Source of the DNA: Candidatus Eiseniibacteriota bacterium
GTDB taxonomy: Bacteria > Eisenbacteria > RBG-16-71-46 > CAIMUX01 > VGJL01
Direction: 5' to 3'
Length of the DNA stretch: 64,000 nt
Assembly: GCA_041946735.1 (NCBI GenBank)
Contig: JBHGAY010000024.1
Span: forward strand, 1-64,000
Part shown: positions 18,917-28,021 of the stretch, one piece after another
Layout of the letters: every line of letters starts with the position of its first letter
Position numbering within the stretch: the first letter of the stretch is position 1
Position numbers and translations under genes: made by a program
Notes under the pieces: generated by a model
What the model saw: the letters and a program-made list of their open reading frames with translations, nothing else
Told to the model about the DNA's origin: nothing
Database searches by the model: none

Positions 18917-20180
18917 CGTGCCCTCCCAGTCCGAAGAGATGGCGGATCGTTTCGAGCGGCGCGAATCCGTCCGGACCGAGCCGCTGATATCCCCGGATCC
19001 GCACGCTCGGCTCGTGCAAGAGCTTGTTGACGATTCCGCGCGTGAGCGCGTCGAGCTGCTCGCGATCCTTCTCGCAGAACTTCCTGCCGAACCGTTCGAC
19101 CTCCTGCGCCCGCACCTCCTCGAAACGATCGCGAAGCGCCTTCAAGATCGGCGCCGCCCCGAGCGACTCGTACCAGCGCAGATACTGCTCGGTCTCATGG
19201 CGGATGATGCTCTCGACCTTCGGGATCTCCTTCGCGCGCCGCTCCAGGTTCTTCTGCACGAGGTCCTGCAGCGAGTCGACGTCGTAGAGAAACACGTTCG
19301 GCAGATCGCGCACGGCCGGCTCGACGTCGCGCGGCACGGCGATGTCGAGGATCAAGAGCGGTCGATTGCCGCGGGCGGCGAGCGCGCGCTTCACCGTCTC
19401 GTAGCGGACGATCGGGACGGGAGAAGCGGTGGCGCTGACGACGATGCTCGCGATCGTGAGCGCCCCCTCCAGCTCGGCGAAGGGAATCGCCCGGCCGCCC
19501 AGCATCCCGGCGAGCGAGGCCGCATGCTCCGGCGTGCGATTGGTCACGAGAAGCTCGCCGATCCCCTGGTCGCACAGGTGCCGGGCGGCAAGCGCCCCGG
19601 TCTCTCCCGAGCCGATCAGCAGCGCCGTCTGCTGGCCCATGTCGGAGAAGATCCGCGAGGCGAGGGCGACGGCGGCGAAGCTCACCGACACCGCCCCGGA
19701 CCCGATCTCCGTCTCGGTCCGCACCCGCTTGCCGACCCGGAAGGCGGCCTCGAGGAGGCGATGGAACAGCGGCCCGGCCGTCCCCGCGCGCCGCGCGATC
19801 TCGAACGCCTCGTGGACCTGTCCCAGGATCTGCACCTCTCCGACGACCATCGAGTCGATCGACGACGCCACCCGGAAGAGATGGCCGACCATCGACTCCC
19901 CGCAATAGCGGTAGAGGCTGTCCGCGTGCGCCGCGAGGTCCACGCCGCGCTTCTGCTGGACGAGCGCGCGGAAGTGCCGCTCGAGCGGCTCGCTCCCCTC
20001 GGCCAACGCGTACATCTCGGTTCGGTTGCAGGTGGAGAGGAGCATCCGCTCGAAGATCGGCTCTCGATCGCCGAGCGGAACGCGCAGCGTCTCCTCCGCC
20101 TCGGCCGGAGTGAAGGCGACACGCTCCCGCAGCTCGATCCCGGCGGTGCGATGGTTCAGGCCGACGACGATGAGCTCCAT
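18900..20180 (-). CDS. hemA: Glutamyl-tRNA reductase
   Basis: GLNHRTA, LSTCNRTEMY, DSMVVGEVQILGQV, IGSGETG, DIAVPRDVE. Confidence 0.96.
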   Translation of the reverse strand: MELIVVGLNHRTAGIELRERVAFTPAEAEETLRVPLGDREPIFERMLLSTCNRTEMYALAEGSEPLERHFRALVQQKRGVDLAAHADSLYRYCGESMVGHLFRVASSIDSMVVGEVQILGQVHEAFEIARRAGTAGPLFHRLLEAAFRVGKRVRTETEIGSGAVSVSFAAVALASRIFSDMGQQTALLIGSGETGALAARHLCDQGIGELLVTNRTPEHAASLAGMLGGRAIPFAELEGALTIASIVVSATASPVPIVRYETVKRALAARGNRPLLILDIAVPRDVEPAVRDLPNVFLYDVDSLQDLVQKNLERRAKEIPKVESIIRHETEQYLRWYESLGAAPILKALRDRFEEVRAQEVERFGRKFCEKDREQLDALTRGIVNKLLHEPSVRIRGYQRLGPDGFAPLETIRHLFGLGGHDGNAG

Positions 20181-21007
20181 GCCGGTCCCGCGAAGTGGTG
20201 GAAGCTGTGAAGGAATGCCCCGACGAGGAGAAGCGCGATCCCCATCAGGAGGAATCCGGAGATCGACAGGTAGATCGCGCGCTTCCCTCGCCATCCCAGC
20301 CGGTAGTACGCCAGCACGCATGCCAGATAGATGCACCAGACGGTGACGGTGAGCAGGAACATCGGATCGCGCGTGAAGCCGTGCACCAGGCGACTCGCCC
20401 AGAAGATCCCCGCCACGATCGCGACGGTCAGCGACGCGAGGCCGAGCACCGCCGCGCGGATGTTCATCCGCCCGAGGACGTCGAGCGGCGGGAGCCTCCG
20501 GTAGACGAGGCCGAAGCGCGAGGCCTTCAGCTCGTGATAGAGCAGGAGGAACAGGAAGCCGTAGATCGCCGAGACGGCGAACGCCGCATAGCCGAGGATC
20601 GCGAAGCCGGTATGCAGTCCGAACCACGGCAGCCGCAGCAGCTCCGGCACCTCCGCATCGAGCGCGATCCGCCCCGAGGAGGCGAACTGCAACAGGGTCG
20701 AGAACGCGAGCAGGAAGAAGCCGGTCGAGAGGTTCTTCGTGCGCGTCTCCACGTAGAAGTATGCGACCGCCGTAGCGAAGGCGATCACCGAGAGGAACTC
20801 CGGCGCGTTGGCGAGCGGCATGCGCCGGTGCGCGAGCACGAACGAGACGAGATAGAGGAGGTGGACCGAGAGCGTTGCCATCAGCGCAGGACGCGCCATG
20901 CGCCCGATACGGTCCCCCCGGCCGAAGAAGACGTATCCATAAAGGAGGAAGGTCGCCACGTAGAGCGTGGGGACCGCGCAGCGAAGGACGGCGAGCAGAG
21001 TGCTCAT
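20156..21007 (-). CDS. CcsA/HemX-like cytochrome c assembly family membrane protein
   Basis: About 8 hydrophobic segments with conserved His (WFGLHTG, C-terminal SFHHF); this family commonly precedes hemA. Confidence 0.8.
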   Translation of the reverse strand: MSTLLAVLRCAVPTLYVATFLLYGYVFFGRGDRIGRMARPALMATLSVHLLYLVSFVLAHRRMPLANAPEFLSVIAFATAVAYFYVETRTKNLSTGFFLLAFSTLLQFASSGRIALDAEVPELLRLPWFGLHTGFAILGYAAFAVSAIYGFLFLLLYHELKASRFGLVYRRLPPLDVLGRMNIRAAVLGLASLTVAIVAGIFWASRLVHGFTRDPMFLLTVTVWCIYLACVLAYYRLGWRGKRAIYLSISGFLLMGIALLLVGAFLHSFHHFAGPAWSSSSSA

Positions 21008-21090
21008 TGGGGGACCGAGCGCGTCACGGCGGCAACCTCCTGGTTCGGCGCCCCGCAGCCTCCCGCGGCTGCCGAACGCGCGGCGCGGCC

Positions 21091-21110
21091 TGCACTGACC
21101 GGTCAGTTCA
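21091..21110. promoter_or_regulatory. Putative TetR-type operator, perfect palindrome ACTGACCGGTCAGT (21094-21107)
   Basis: TGcACTGACCGGTCAGTtCA lies immediately downstream of the predicted -10 of the heme operon. Confidence 0.7.
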
Positions 21111-21116
21111 TCGCGA

Positions 21117-21146
21117 ATCGTAACGAGACCGTTCTGCGGGGGTCAA
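21117..21146 (-). promoter_or_regulatory. sigma70-like promoter of heme operon
   Basis: Minus strand TTGACC-N18-TACGAT in the AT-richer intergenic region upstream of ccsA. Confidence 0.6.
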
Positions 21147-21317
21147 TGACCATTGGGTAATCGTTCTAACGTTGCGAGAAAGAGAATCTGGTGGGTTGGC
21201 CCGGCGGCCGGGAGGGTACGACCTCCCGTGAGCCCGCGCCTGCGCGGCGCGGCCCCTCGCGGGATCTGGCTCGACTTTCGCGATTTGCGGACCTGCGATC
21301 CGGATGTTCCGGAGGAC

Positions 21318-22067
21318 CTAGAAGGGCCTCTCCTCCTTGTCGAGGAACGCCTTCACCAGCTCGCTGAAGTCCTCGGCACCGCTGCTGCCGGGGGCGGTCA
21401 CCTGGATCGGCGCATGGAATCCGCCCGCCTCGGCGAGCCGCGCGTTCTCACGGATCGGCGGCAAGACGGAGGCGCCGTACACCTCGCGGAGCGTCGCCTC
21501 TACCTTCCCGCTGAGCCGTGTGCGCACCGTCCGGTTAGGGACGATTCCGGCAATCCGCAGGCGAGGATTGCGGTGCCTCTGCACCTGCTCCACGACCTCG
21601 ATCAGAAGCCCGAGGATCTGGAGGTCCAGTTCGCGGGTCGTGACCGGCACGATGACGCCGTCGACCGACGAAAGGCTGGCGACGAGGAGCGATCCCCAGG
21701 TCGGCGGCGTGTCGATCAGGACGTAGTCGATCTCGGGGTCGACCTGCCCCACGAGATTCGCAAGCCGCTCCCGCGTCGGATGCGCGCCGTTGTCGAACGG
21801 GGCGAGCATCCGGTTCCCCGGGGCGATCGTGAGGCCGGTGACCAGGGTGCTGGTCAGAACGTCGGCCAGCCGCTTCTCGCCGGCGAGGCTGTCCGCCAGG
21901 TTGCCGTTACAGGACCGGGGAAGCAGATGGAAGCTGCTCGATCCCTGCGGATCGAGGTCGAAGAGCACGACGTTGCGTCCAGCCAGGGCCAGCCCGGCCG
22001 CGAGATTGACGGCGATCGTGGTCTTGCCCGATCCGCCCTTGATGTTGGCGATCGCGTACGATCTCAT
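21318..22067 (-). CDS. ParA/Soj-family ATPase (orphan)
   Basis: Deviant Walker A KGGSGKTT, DLDPQG, LIDTPP; RBS AAGGAGG; no adjacent parB. Confidence 0.88.
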   Translation of the reverse strand: MRSYAIANIKGGSGKTTIAVNLAAGLALAGRNVVLFDLDPQGSSSFHLLPRSCNGNLADSLAGEKRLADVLTSTLVTGLTIAPGNRMLAPFDNGAHPTRERLANLVGQVDPEIDYVLIDTPPTWGSLLVASLSSVDGVIVPVTTRELDLQILGLLIEVVEQVQRHRNPRLRIAGIVPNRTVRTRLSGKVEATLREVYGASVLPPIRENARLAEAGGFHAPIQVTAPGSSGAEDFSELVKAFLDKEERPF

Positions 22068-22266
22068 CGCCCCTCCTTCTTTCGTAAGGTCGACGTCGCC
22101 AAAATGTCAGCCGCGAGGATAACAGCGAATTCATGCTGGGTCTAGCGGAAAGCGCGAGCGACGCGACGAAATGTCCGGCGGGACGGGCGTGCGGCAAAAG
22201 GATCACTCAAATGGAGCGGGACGATCCGGCCGGCGGGCGTGCCTGACGCCCGTGGTTCCTGAGGCT

Positions 22267-22797
22267 TCAGGCGCTCCGCGGCACCCAACCGGAGGGGTAT
22301 CGGCGGGCGAGGTCGACGTACGTCTCCTTGAATCGGGTCCACTCCGCCTTGTACGCCTCGTCCACCTCACGATCGAGGACGCGCGCAGGGATACCGACCG
22401 CGATCCGCCCCGGCGGGATCTCCTGGCGCTGCTTGACCACCGCCCCCTCCCCGATCGCGGCCCACCGCCCGACCTTCGCCCAGTCGGAGACGATGGCGCC
22501 CATGCCGACGACCGCCCAGTCGTCGATCCGCGCCGCGTTGTGGATGATCGCTCCATGGCCGATCGTCACCCAGTCGCCGATCGTGCAGATCTCTCCCGGG
22601 CGGGCATGGATCACGCAGTTGTCCTCGACGCTCGACGCCTCGCCGATCCGAATCGCGCCGTAGTCGCCGCGAAGCCGCGCGCCCGGACCGATCCAGCAGC
22701 GCGCGCCGATCACCACGTCGCCGAAGACGTCCGCCGACGGATGGACCCACGCCCCTTCGCCGATTCTCGGATGCTTCCCTTCGAAGCTCGCGATCAC
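22267..22797 (-). CDS. Gamma carbonic anhydrase family (hexapeptide repeat) protein
   Basis: LRGDYGAIRIG, EDNCVIH, TIGHGAIIH; GTG start overlapping the upstream stop. Confidence 0.9.
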   Translation of the reverse strand: MIASFEGKHPRIGEGAWVHPSADVFGDVVIGARCWIGPGARLRGDYGAIRIGEASSVEDNCVIHARPGEICTIGDWVTIGHGAIIHNAARIDDWAVVGMGAIVSDWAKVGRWAAIGEGAVVKQRQEIPPGRIAVGIPARVLDREVDEAYKAEWTRFKETYVDLARRYPSGWVPRSA

Positions 22798-23672
22798 CGC
22801 GTTTCCTCCGGGACTTCGGCAGCTCCGTAGACCGCGTCCGGCCCCAGCCTCTCCGGAAACCGCCCTCGAAGCTCCCTGCGCGCGAGGAAGCAGAGATGGC
22901 AAGCATCCGCGAAGCGGCCGCGCAGGGGCAGACCGTGCTCCTCGACGAGGGCTGCCGGACCGCCCCGCGCGAGAGGCCCGAGGACCGGATCGGAGTCCGG
23001 GTCATAGCCGTGCACGAGGTCGGCAAGGCTGTTCCACCAGAGGCTGCCGATCAGGACGCCATGGCAGAGGTGGACGTTGCCGAATGGGTCGACCCAGACC
23101 GCACGGGGATCGCGCACGCGCCCGTGCGCGCACGAGGTCCAGGCGCTCCAAGGGCGCGTGCCGGGAAGCGTCTTGCCCCCGAGCGCAAGTCCCAGCGCGA
23201 GCGCGGCGCGGCCGTTGTGCTCGAGCGCCTCGCTCGCCGGCTCCGCCTCGATCCCGATGTTCGCGGCGACGGCCAGCGCGCGGTCGGCGCGCGAATGATC
23301 CCCGCGGAAGATGTGGAACCGATCCCGGCTGACGACGAGCCGGTCGAGGCGAGCCTCGCGCAGCGGGTCGAGCCAGGCGACGGCCGCAGCCTCGTCGCTC
23401 GCCCAGTCTCCGTTGGTGTGGGCCGTGACACGGAAGCCGAGCGCCTTCGCCTCGCGAACCCCTTCGAGCAGCACCGGGAAGTAGAGGAACGGCTCCCCGC
23501 CGTCGAAGTGCACCTCCTCGACCGTCCCCAGCTCCGCCGCGTCGGCGAGGATGCGGCGCACCTCCGCGCAGCCCATCGCCCCCTGCTGCTCGGGAGAGCC
23601 GAAGACGTAGCAGTGCTCACAACGGTAGACACAGCGGTACGTGAGCAGGAGACCGAGAGATTGGAGACGCAT
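22794..23672 (-). CDS. Radical SAM protein with Cys-containing C-terminal domain
   Basis: CVYRCEHC, DGGEPFL, TNG; C-terminal C...HLC...ACHLC. Confidence 0.88.
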   Translation of the reverse strand: MRLQSLGLLLTYRCVYRCEHCYVFGSPEQQGAMGCAEVRRILADAAELGTVEEVHFDGGEPFLYFPVLLEGVREAKALGFRVTAHTNGDWASDEAAAVAWLDPLREARLDRLVVSRDRFHIFRGDHSRADRALAVAANIGIEAEPASEALEHNGRAALALGLALGGKTLPGTRPWSAWTSCAHGRVRDPRAVWVDPFGNVHLCHGVLIGSLWWNSLADLVHGYDPDSDPVLGPLARGGPAALVEEHGLPLRGRFADACHLCFLARRELRGRFPERLGPDAVYGAAEVPEETR

Positions 23673-23918
23673 CGTCTCGCTCCTTCCATCGGCAAGCAGA
23701 ACGAGGGCCGGCCGTCGCAGTTTAGTCGAGCGCGCGCGCGTCGCGCAAGGACCGCGCCGGCGCTGCCGAACCCCGCGGGAGCCCGGCGGGAGCGCCGCGG
23801 GGGCAGCGCGGGAGGCCTGGTTGCGCGACGTCCGTCCGGGGCCGAGAATCGGCGGCGACCGCTCCACGCCGGCGGCGTGCCGGCGCCACGTATCCGACTC
23901 GCGCCGAGGGAGGTTTCC

Positions 23919-24971
23919 GTGAGATCTCTCCGCTTCCACGGAGTCGTTCGGGCCGCTGCCCTTTTCGCCTTCGCCGCGTCGATCGCCGCCGCTCCCGTTC
24001 GGGCGGCCGATCCGGTGAGCACCTTCTCCTGCGTCGGCTACGACCCGGAGACCGGCGACCTGGGCGTCATCGTCCAGTCGAAGTTCTTCGCGGTCGGGGC
24101 CGTCGTTCCGTGGGCGCGAGCGGGGGTCGGCGCGATCGCGACCCAGGCGTTCGCGAACACGACCTTCGGACCCCGGGGCCTCGACCTGCTCGCGGAAGGC
24201 AAGAGCCCCCAGGAGGCGATCGAAGCGCTCACGCGGCCCGACTCGCTACGCGATCGGAGGCAGGTCGGCATCGTGGACGCGACCGGCCGCAGCGCGACCT
24301 ACACGGGTCCCGAATGCCAAACCTGGGCCGGCGGGACGGCCGGCGCCGGCTTCGCCGCGCAGGGGAACATCCTCGCGGGCGAGGAGGTCGTGCGACGGAT
24401 GGCGGCGGCGTTCCAGTCGACCGCCGGCATGCTGGGCGACCGCCTGCTCGCCGCGCTGGAGGCGGGACAGTCCGCGGGCGGGGATTCGCGCGGCATGCAG
24501 TCCGCCGCGCTGCTGATCGTCCGCAAGAACGGCGGCTACGGGGGCTACGACGACCGCTATTGCGACCTCCGCGTGGACGACGCGGCCGATCCGATCGCCG
24601 AGCTGCGGCGCCTCTATCAGATGTGGAAGCCCAACGCCCTGGTGACCGAGGGCTACCGGCTCGTCGAGGAGCGGCAGTTCGCGCGCGCGTACGACCTCGG
24701 CCAGGAGGCCGTGGCGCTCCAGCCGGAAGCGGGCGAGTACCGCTACCATCTCGCCTGCTACTACTCGCGTGGCGGGGAGCGCGAAAAGGCGATCGAGACT
24801 CTCGGCGAGGCGCTTCGCCGGGACTCCTCGCTGGCGCAGAACGCGGTCCGCGATCCGGACCTCGCCCCCTTGAAGGACGATCCGCGATTCGGCCGGATGC
24901 TGGAGGCGGCGACGAAGGCCCGCTCAGGAGACGCGAAGGGATCGAAGGAGCCCGAGCAAGGTGGGAACTGA
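23919..24971 (+). CDS. DUF1028 (Ntn-hydrolase-like) protein with C-terminal TPR
   Basis: RBS GGGAGG + GTG; signal peptide then TFSC, VGAIATQA, RQVGIVD, QGNILAG, GGDSRG, DLRVDD; TPR YHLACYYS. Confidence 0.88.
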   Translation: MRSLRFHGVVRAAALFAFAASIAAAPVRAADPVSTFSCVGYDPETGDLGVIVQSKFFAVGAVVPWARAGVGAIATQAFANTTFGPRGLDLLAEGKSPQEAIEALTRPDSLRDRRQVGIVDATGRSATYTGPECQTWAGGTAGAGFAAQGNILAGEEVVRRMAAAFQSTAGMLGDRLLAALEAGQSAGGDSRGMQSAALLIVRKNGGYGGYDDRYCDLRVDDAADPIAELRRLYQMWKPNALVTEGYRLVEERQFARAYDLGQEAVALQPEAGEYRYHLACYYSRGGEREKAIETLGEALRRDSSLAQNAVRDPDLAPLKDDPRFGRMLEAATKARSGDAKGSKEPEQGGN

Positions 24972-25100
24972 TGCGCGGCCCCTCGGGCCGCGGTCTCCCG
25001 CGTGCGGGAGTTGCCGCGAGACGAAGCTGCAGCTTACGCGCGCCGGAGCTGCCGCGCGCCGGAGCTGCCGCGCGGCGGCGGCGCCGCCGCCATCTCTATA

Positions 25101-26522
25101 TCACATCTGCTCGAGCAGCTCGCGAAGCGCCGGGCCGATGCTCACCTTATATACGTGCGGGTGGAGAAGGCGCCGGGACGTCGGGTGGAGCCGCTCGAGC
25201 TGCTCGCGCAGGACGCCCCGGATCTCCTGCAGCCCGGGCAGCGCGGTCACCAGACTTCCACGGCGCAGCACCGGCCGGAGCAAAGGCTCGACCCTCGCGA
25301 CCGGCTCGTAGCGCTTCTCGAGCTGCGCCAGGATCGGATGACGTCCCACGATCCCGCCGGAAGGATCGGGCGGCGCCGACTCCAGCTCGACCAGATCGCC
25401 CATCATGTACCCGTCGGCGCCGTGCAGGCGGTAGACCTGCTTGATCCCCGGAAGGTTCGACTTCTCGGGCGCGTCGGTCCGTTTGCGCTTCGGAAGCCAT
25501 GCTCCGGTCTCGTCCTGGATGGCGGCGAGCTTGTACACGCCGGTCAGCGCGCCGTCCCCTTTGCCGGTCACGATGCTGGTCCCGATTCCCCAGGAGTCGA
25601 TCGCCGCCCCCTGCGCCCGCAGATCGTGCACGATCCACTCGTCGATCTCGTTGGAGGCGAGGATCCGCGCGTCCGTGAGGCCGGCGGCGTCGAGCATCCG
25701 TCGCGCCTCGCTGGACAGGTAGGCGAGGTCGCCGCTGTCGAGCCGGATCCCGAGGAGGCGCTCCCCGCGCTCGCGCATCTCGAGCCCGACACGGATCGCG
25801 TTCGGGACTCCGCTCGCGAGCGTGTCGTAGGTGTCGACGAGCAGGACCGCGTCGTCCGGATAGATCGCCGCGTAGGCGCGGAAGGCGGCGATCTCGTCGT
25901 CGAATGCCGTGACCCAGGAATGCGACATCGTTCCCCGCACGGGAATGCCGAACATCCTTCCCGCCTCGACGTTCGACGTCGCCGCGCAACCGCCTGCGAA
26001 CGCGGCGCGCGTCGCCCGGAACCCTCCGTCGGGACCGTGGGCGCGACGCAAGCCGAACTCGACGACGCTCTCCCATCCCGCCTCGCCGCAGACCCGGGCC
26101 GCCTTCGTCGCAACGAGCGTTTCGAAGTTGACGAGGTTCAAGAGCGCGGTCTCGACGAGCTGTGCCTCGCCGATCGGCGCGGTCACGCGCAGGATCGGGG
26201 CCCAGGGGAAGACGAGAGTTCCCTCCGGCACCGCATCGAGGTCGCCATGAAAGCGAAACTCCGAGAGCCTCCGCAGGAACGGCTCTCGGAACAGGCCCAG
26301 GCCGCGGAGGTAGGCGATCTCCTCGGGGAGGAAGCGCAAGCCGGTCAGGAAGCGGACGACGTCCTCGAGACCGGCCGCTACTGCGTAGCCCCCCTCGTAC
26401 GGGAGGCGGCGCAGGAAGAGATCGAAGACGGCCAGGCGGTCGGGAATGCCCGACAGCTCGTAGCCCTGCATCATCGTCAGCTGGTAGAGGTCGGTGAAGA
26501 GAGCGGACGGCTCGCGCGTCAT
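25101..26522 (-). CDS. pncB: Nicotinate phosphoribosyltransferase
   Basis: TDLYQLTM, EFGLRRAH, GTMSHSW, LVDTYD, IRLDSGDL, GVYKL. Confidence 0.95.
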   Translation of the reverse strand: MTREPSALFTDLYQLTMMQGYELSGIPDRLAVFDLFLRRLPYEGGYAVAAGLEDVVRFLTGLRFLPEEIAYLRGLGLFREPFLRRLSEFRFHGDLDAVPEGTLVFPWAPILRVTAPIGEAQLVETALLNLVNFETLVATKAARVCGEAGWESVVEFGLRRAHGPDGGFRATRAAFAGGCAATSNVEAGRMFGIPVRGTMSHSWVTAFDDEIAAFRAYAAIYPDDAVLLVDTYDTLASGVPNAIRVGLEMRERGERLLGIRLDSGDLAYLSSEARRMLDAAGLTDARILASNEIDEWIVHDLRAQGAAIDSWGIGTSIVTGKGDGALTGVYKLAAIQDETGAWLPKRKRTDAPEKSNLPGIKQVYRLHGADGYMMGDLVELESAPPDPSGGIVGRHPILAQLEKRYEPVARVEPLLRPVLRRGSLVTALPGLQEIRGVLREQLERLHPTSRRLLHPHVYKVSIGPALRELLEQM

Positions 26523-26526
26523 CGTG

Positions 26527-27198
26527 TCAGCGACGCGCGCCGCGCTCGATCGCCCGCTCGAGCGATCCCGAACGCACCCGGGCGACCCCGGCGTCGTCCA
26601 TCTCGCGCCAGGCCGCCTGCAAACTGCCATCGAGATCGATCGCCCCGCAAGCATCTTCAACGACGACGGCTTCGAGGCCGAGGCGCCGCGCGTCGATCGA
26701 CGAGTACAGGACGCAGAAGTCGGTCGCCAATCCGGCGAGGAACAGCCGCCGGATCCCCCGCTCCCGCAACGCCCCGCCGAGCCCGGTCGGCGTCTTGCGG
26801 TCGTTCTCGAAGAAGGTGGAGTAGGAGTCGATCTCGCGGCGGTATCCCTTGCGCACGATCATCTCTGCGCGGGTCGCTTCGAGCATCGGATGGAACTCGG
26901 CCCCCGGAGTCCCCTGCACGCAATGGTCCGGCCACAGGACCTGCTCGCCGTACGGGAGCCGGATCGTCTCATACGGGTCGCGGCCGTGCTGCGAGGCGAA
27001 GGAAACGTGGTCGCGCGTGTGCCAGTCCTGGGTGAGGATGACATGCGGGAAGATCGCGATCAGCCGGTTGACGACCGGAACGATCGCGTCCCCTTCGGGA
27101 ACGGCGAGGGCGCCACCCGGACAGAAGTCGTTCTGCACGTCGACGACGAGAAGCAGGTCGCCGTCCTCGATCCTCGAGGTGTCGGATCGCACGCTCAT
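26527..27198 (-). CDS. pncA: Nicotinamidase/pyrazinamidase
   Basis: VDVQNDFCPGGAL, TQDWH, WPDHCVQG, DSYSTF, GLATDFCV. Confidence 0.95.
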   Translation of the reverse strand: MSVRSDTSRIEDGDLLLVVDVQNDFCPGGALAVPEGDAIVPVVNRLIAIFPHVILTQDWHTRDHVSFASQHGRDPYETIRLPYGEQVLWPDHCVQGTPGAEFHPMLEATRAEMIVRKGYRREIDSYSTFFENDRKTPTGLGGALRERGIRRLFLAGLATDFCVLYSSIDARRLGLEAVVVEDACGAIDLDGSLQAAWREMDDAGVARVRSGSLERAIERGARR

Positions 27199-27349
27199 GA
27201 CCCGATCCTAACGTTTCCGCTCCGGCAGGGGGGACACTGCTCCGGCATCCGGGAGGACACCGGACGTCCTGCCGTATCCGTGGTGACGGCAGCGGGCGCG
27301 CGGTCCGGCCGCACGCGGGCACCCGCGATCCTCGCCCGCCGGCGCGCGG

Positions 27350-27802
27350 CTACAGAGCGGCGAGCACCTGGTCGACGTGCCCGTCGACCTTCACCTTCCG
27401 GAACGCCTTCTGGATCTTCCCCGTCTCGTCGATGACGAAGGTCGATCGCTCGATCCCCATCGATTTCTTCCCGTAGAGCGTCTTCTCTACCCACACGCCG
27501 TACGCCTTTGCGATCTCGTGATCCGGATCGGAGAGCAGGGGGAAGGAGAGGTCGAACTTCTCCGCGAACTTCGCGTGCGAGGCGGCGCTGTCGGGGCTCA
27601 CGCCCAGAACGACCGCCCCCTTGCGCTTGACGCGGGCGAGGTTGTCGCGGAAAGCGCACGCCTCTCGGGTGCACCCCGGCGTGTTGTCCCTCGGATAGAA
27701 GTACAGGACGACCTTCTTGCCGCGGAAATCGCGCAGCGACACGCTCTCCCCCGATCCGGTGGCGGCGGTGAAGTCGGGCGCCTTGTCCCCCTCGCTCGGC
27801 AT
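27350..27802 (-). CDS. bcp: Peroxiredoxin Bcp/PrxQ
   Basis: YFYPRDNTPGCTREAC. Confidence 0.95.
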   Translation of the reverse strand: MPSEGDKAPDFTAATGSGESVSLRDFRGKKVVLYFYPRDNTPGCTREACAFRDNLARVKRKGAVVLGVSPDSAASHAKFAEKFDLSFPLLSDPDHEIAKAYGVWVEKTLYGKKSMGIERSTFVIDETGKIQKAFRKVKVDGHVDQVLAAL

Positions 27803-28021
27803 CGTCTTGCCTCCTTCCTGCTTGCCGCGCGTCCGGACTCCCCTCGCCGGCCGGCGAGCGCCCCGGGCGCAAGGGACGAAGGTGCGGGCGAGGGGGCGGC
27901 TCTGTCAATCCCGCGCCGCGCCCTTTCCCGGCACGACCGGCCAAGGTAGACTCGGGCGGTGTTTTCGGAGCGCAGGCGGCGCGGGCGCCTGCAGGCGTCG
28001 GAGCAGCGAGGAGGGAGTCCG

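Noticed and set aside
21318..22067. ParA as evidence of a plasmid, prophage or origin
   Set aside because: No parB, rep, integrase or DnaA-box cluster; context is housekeeping genes.
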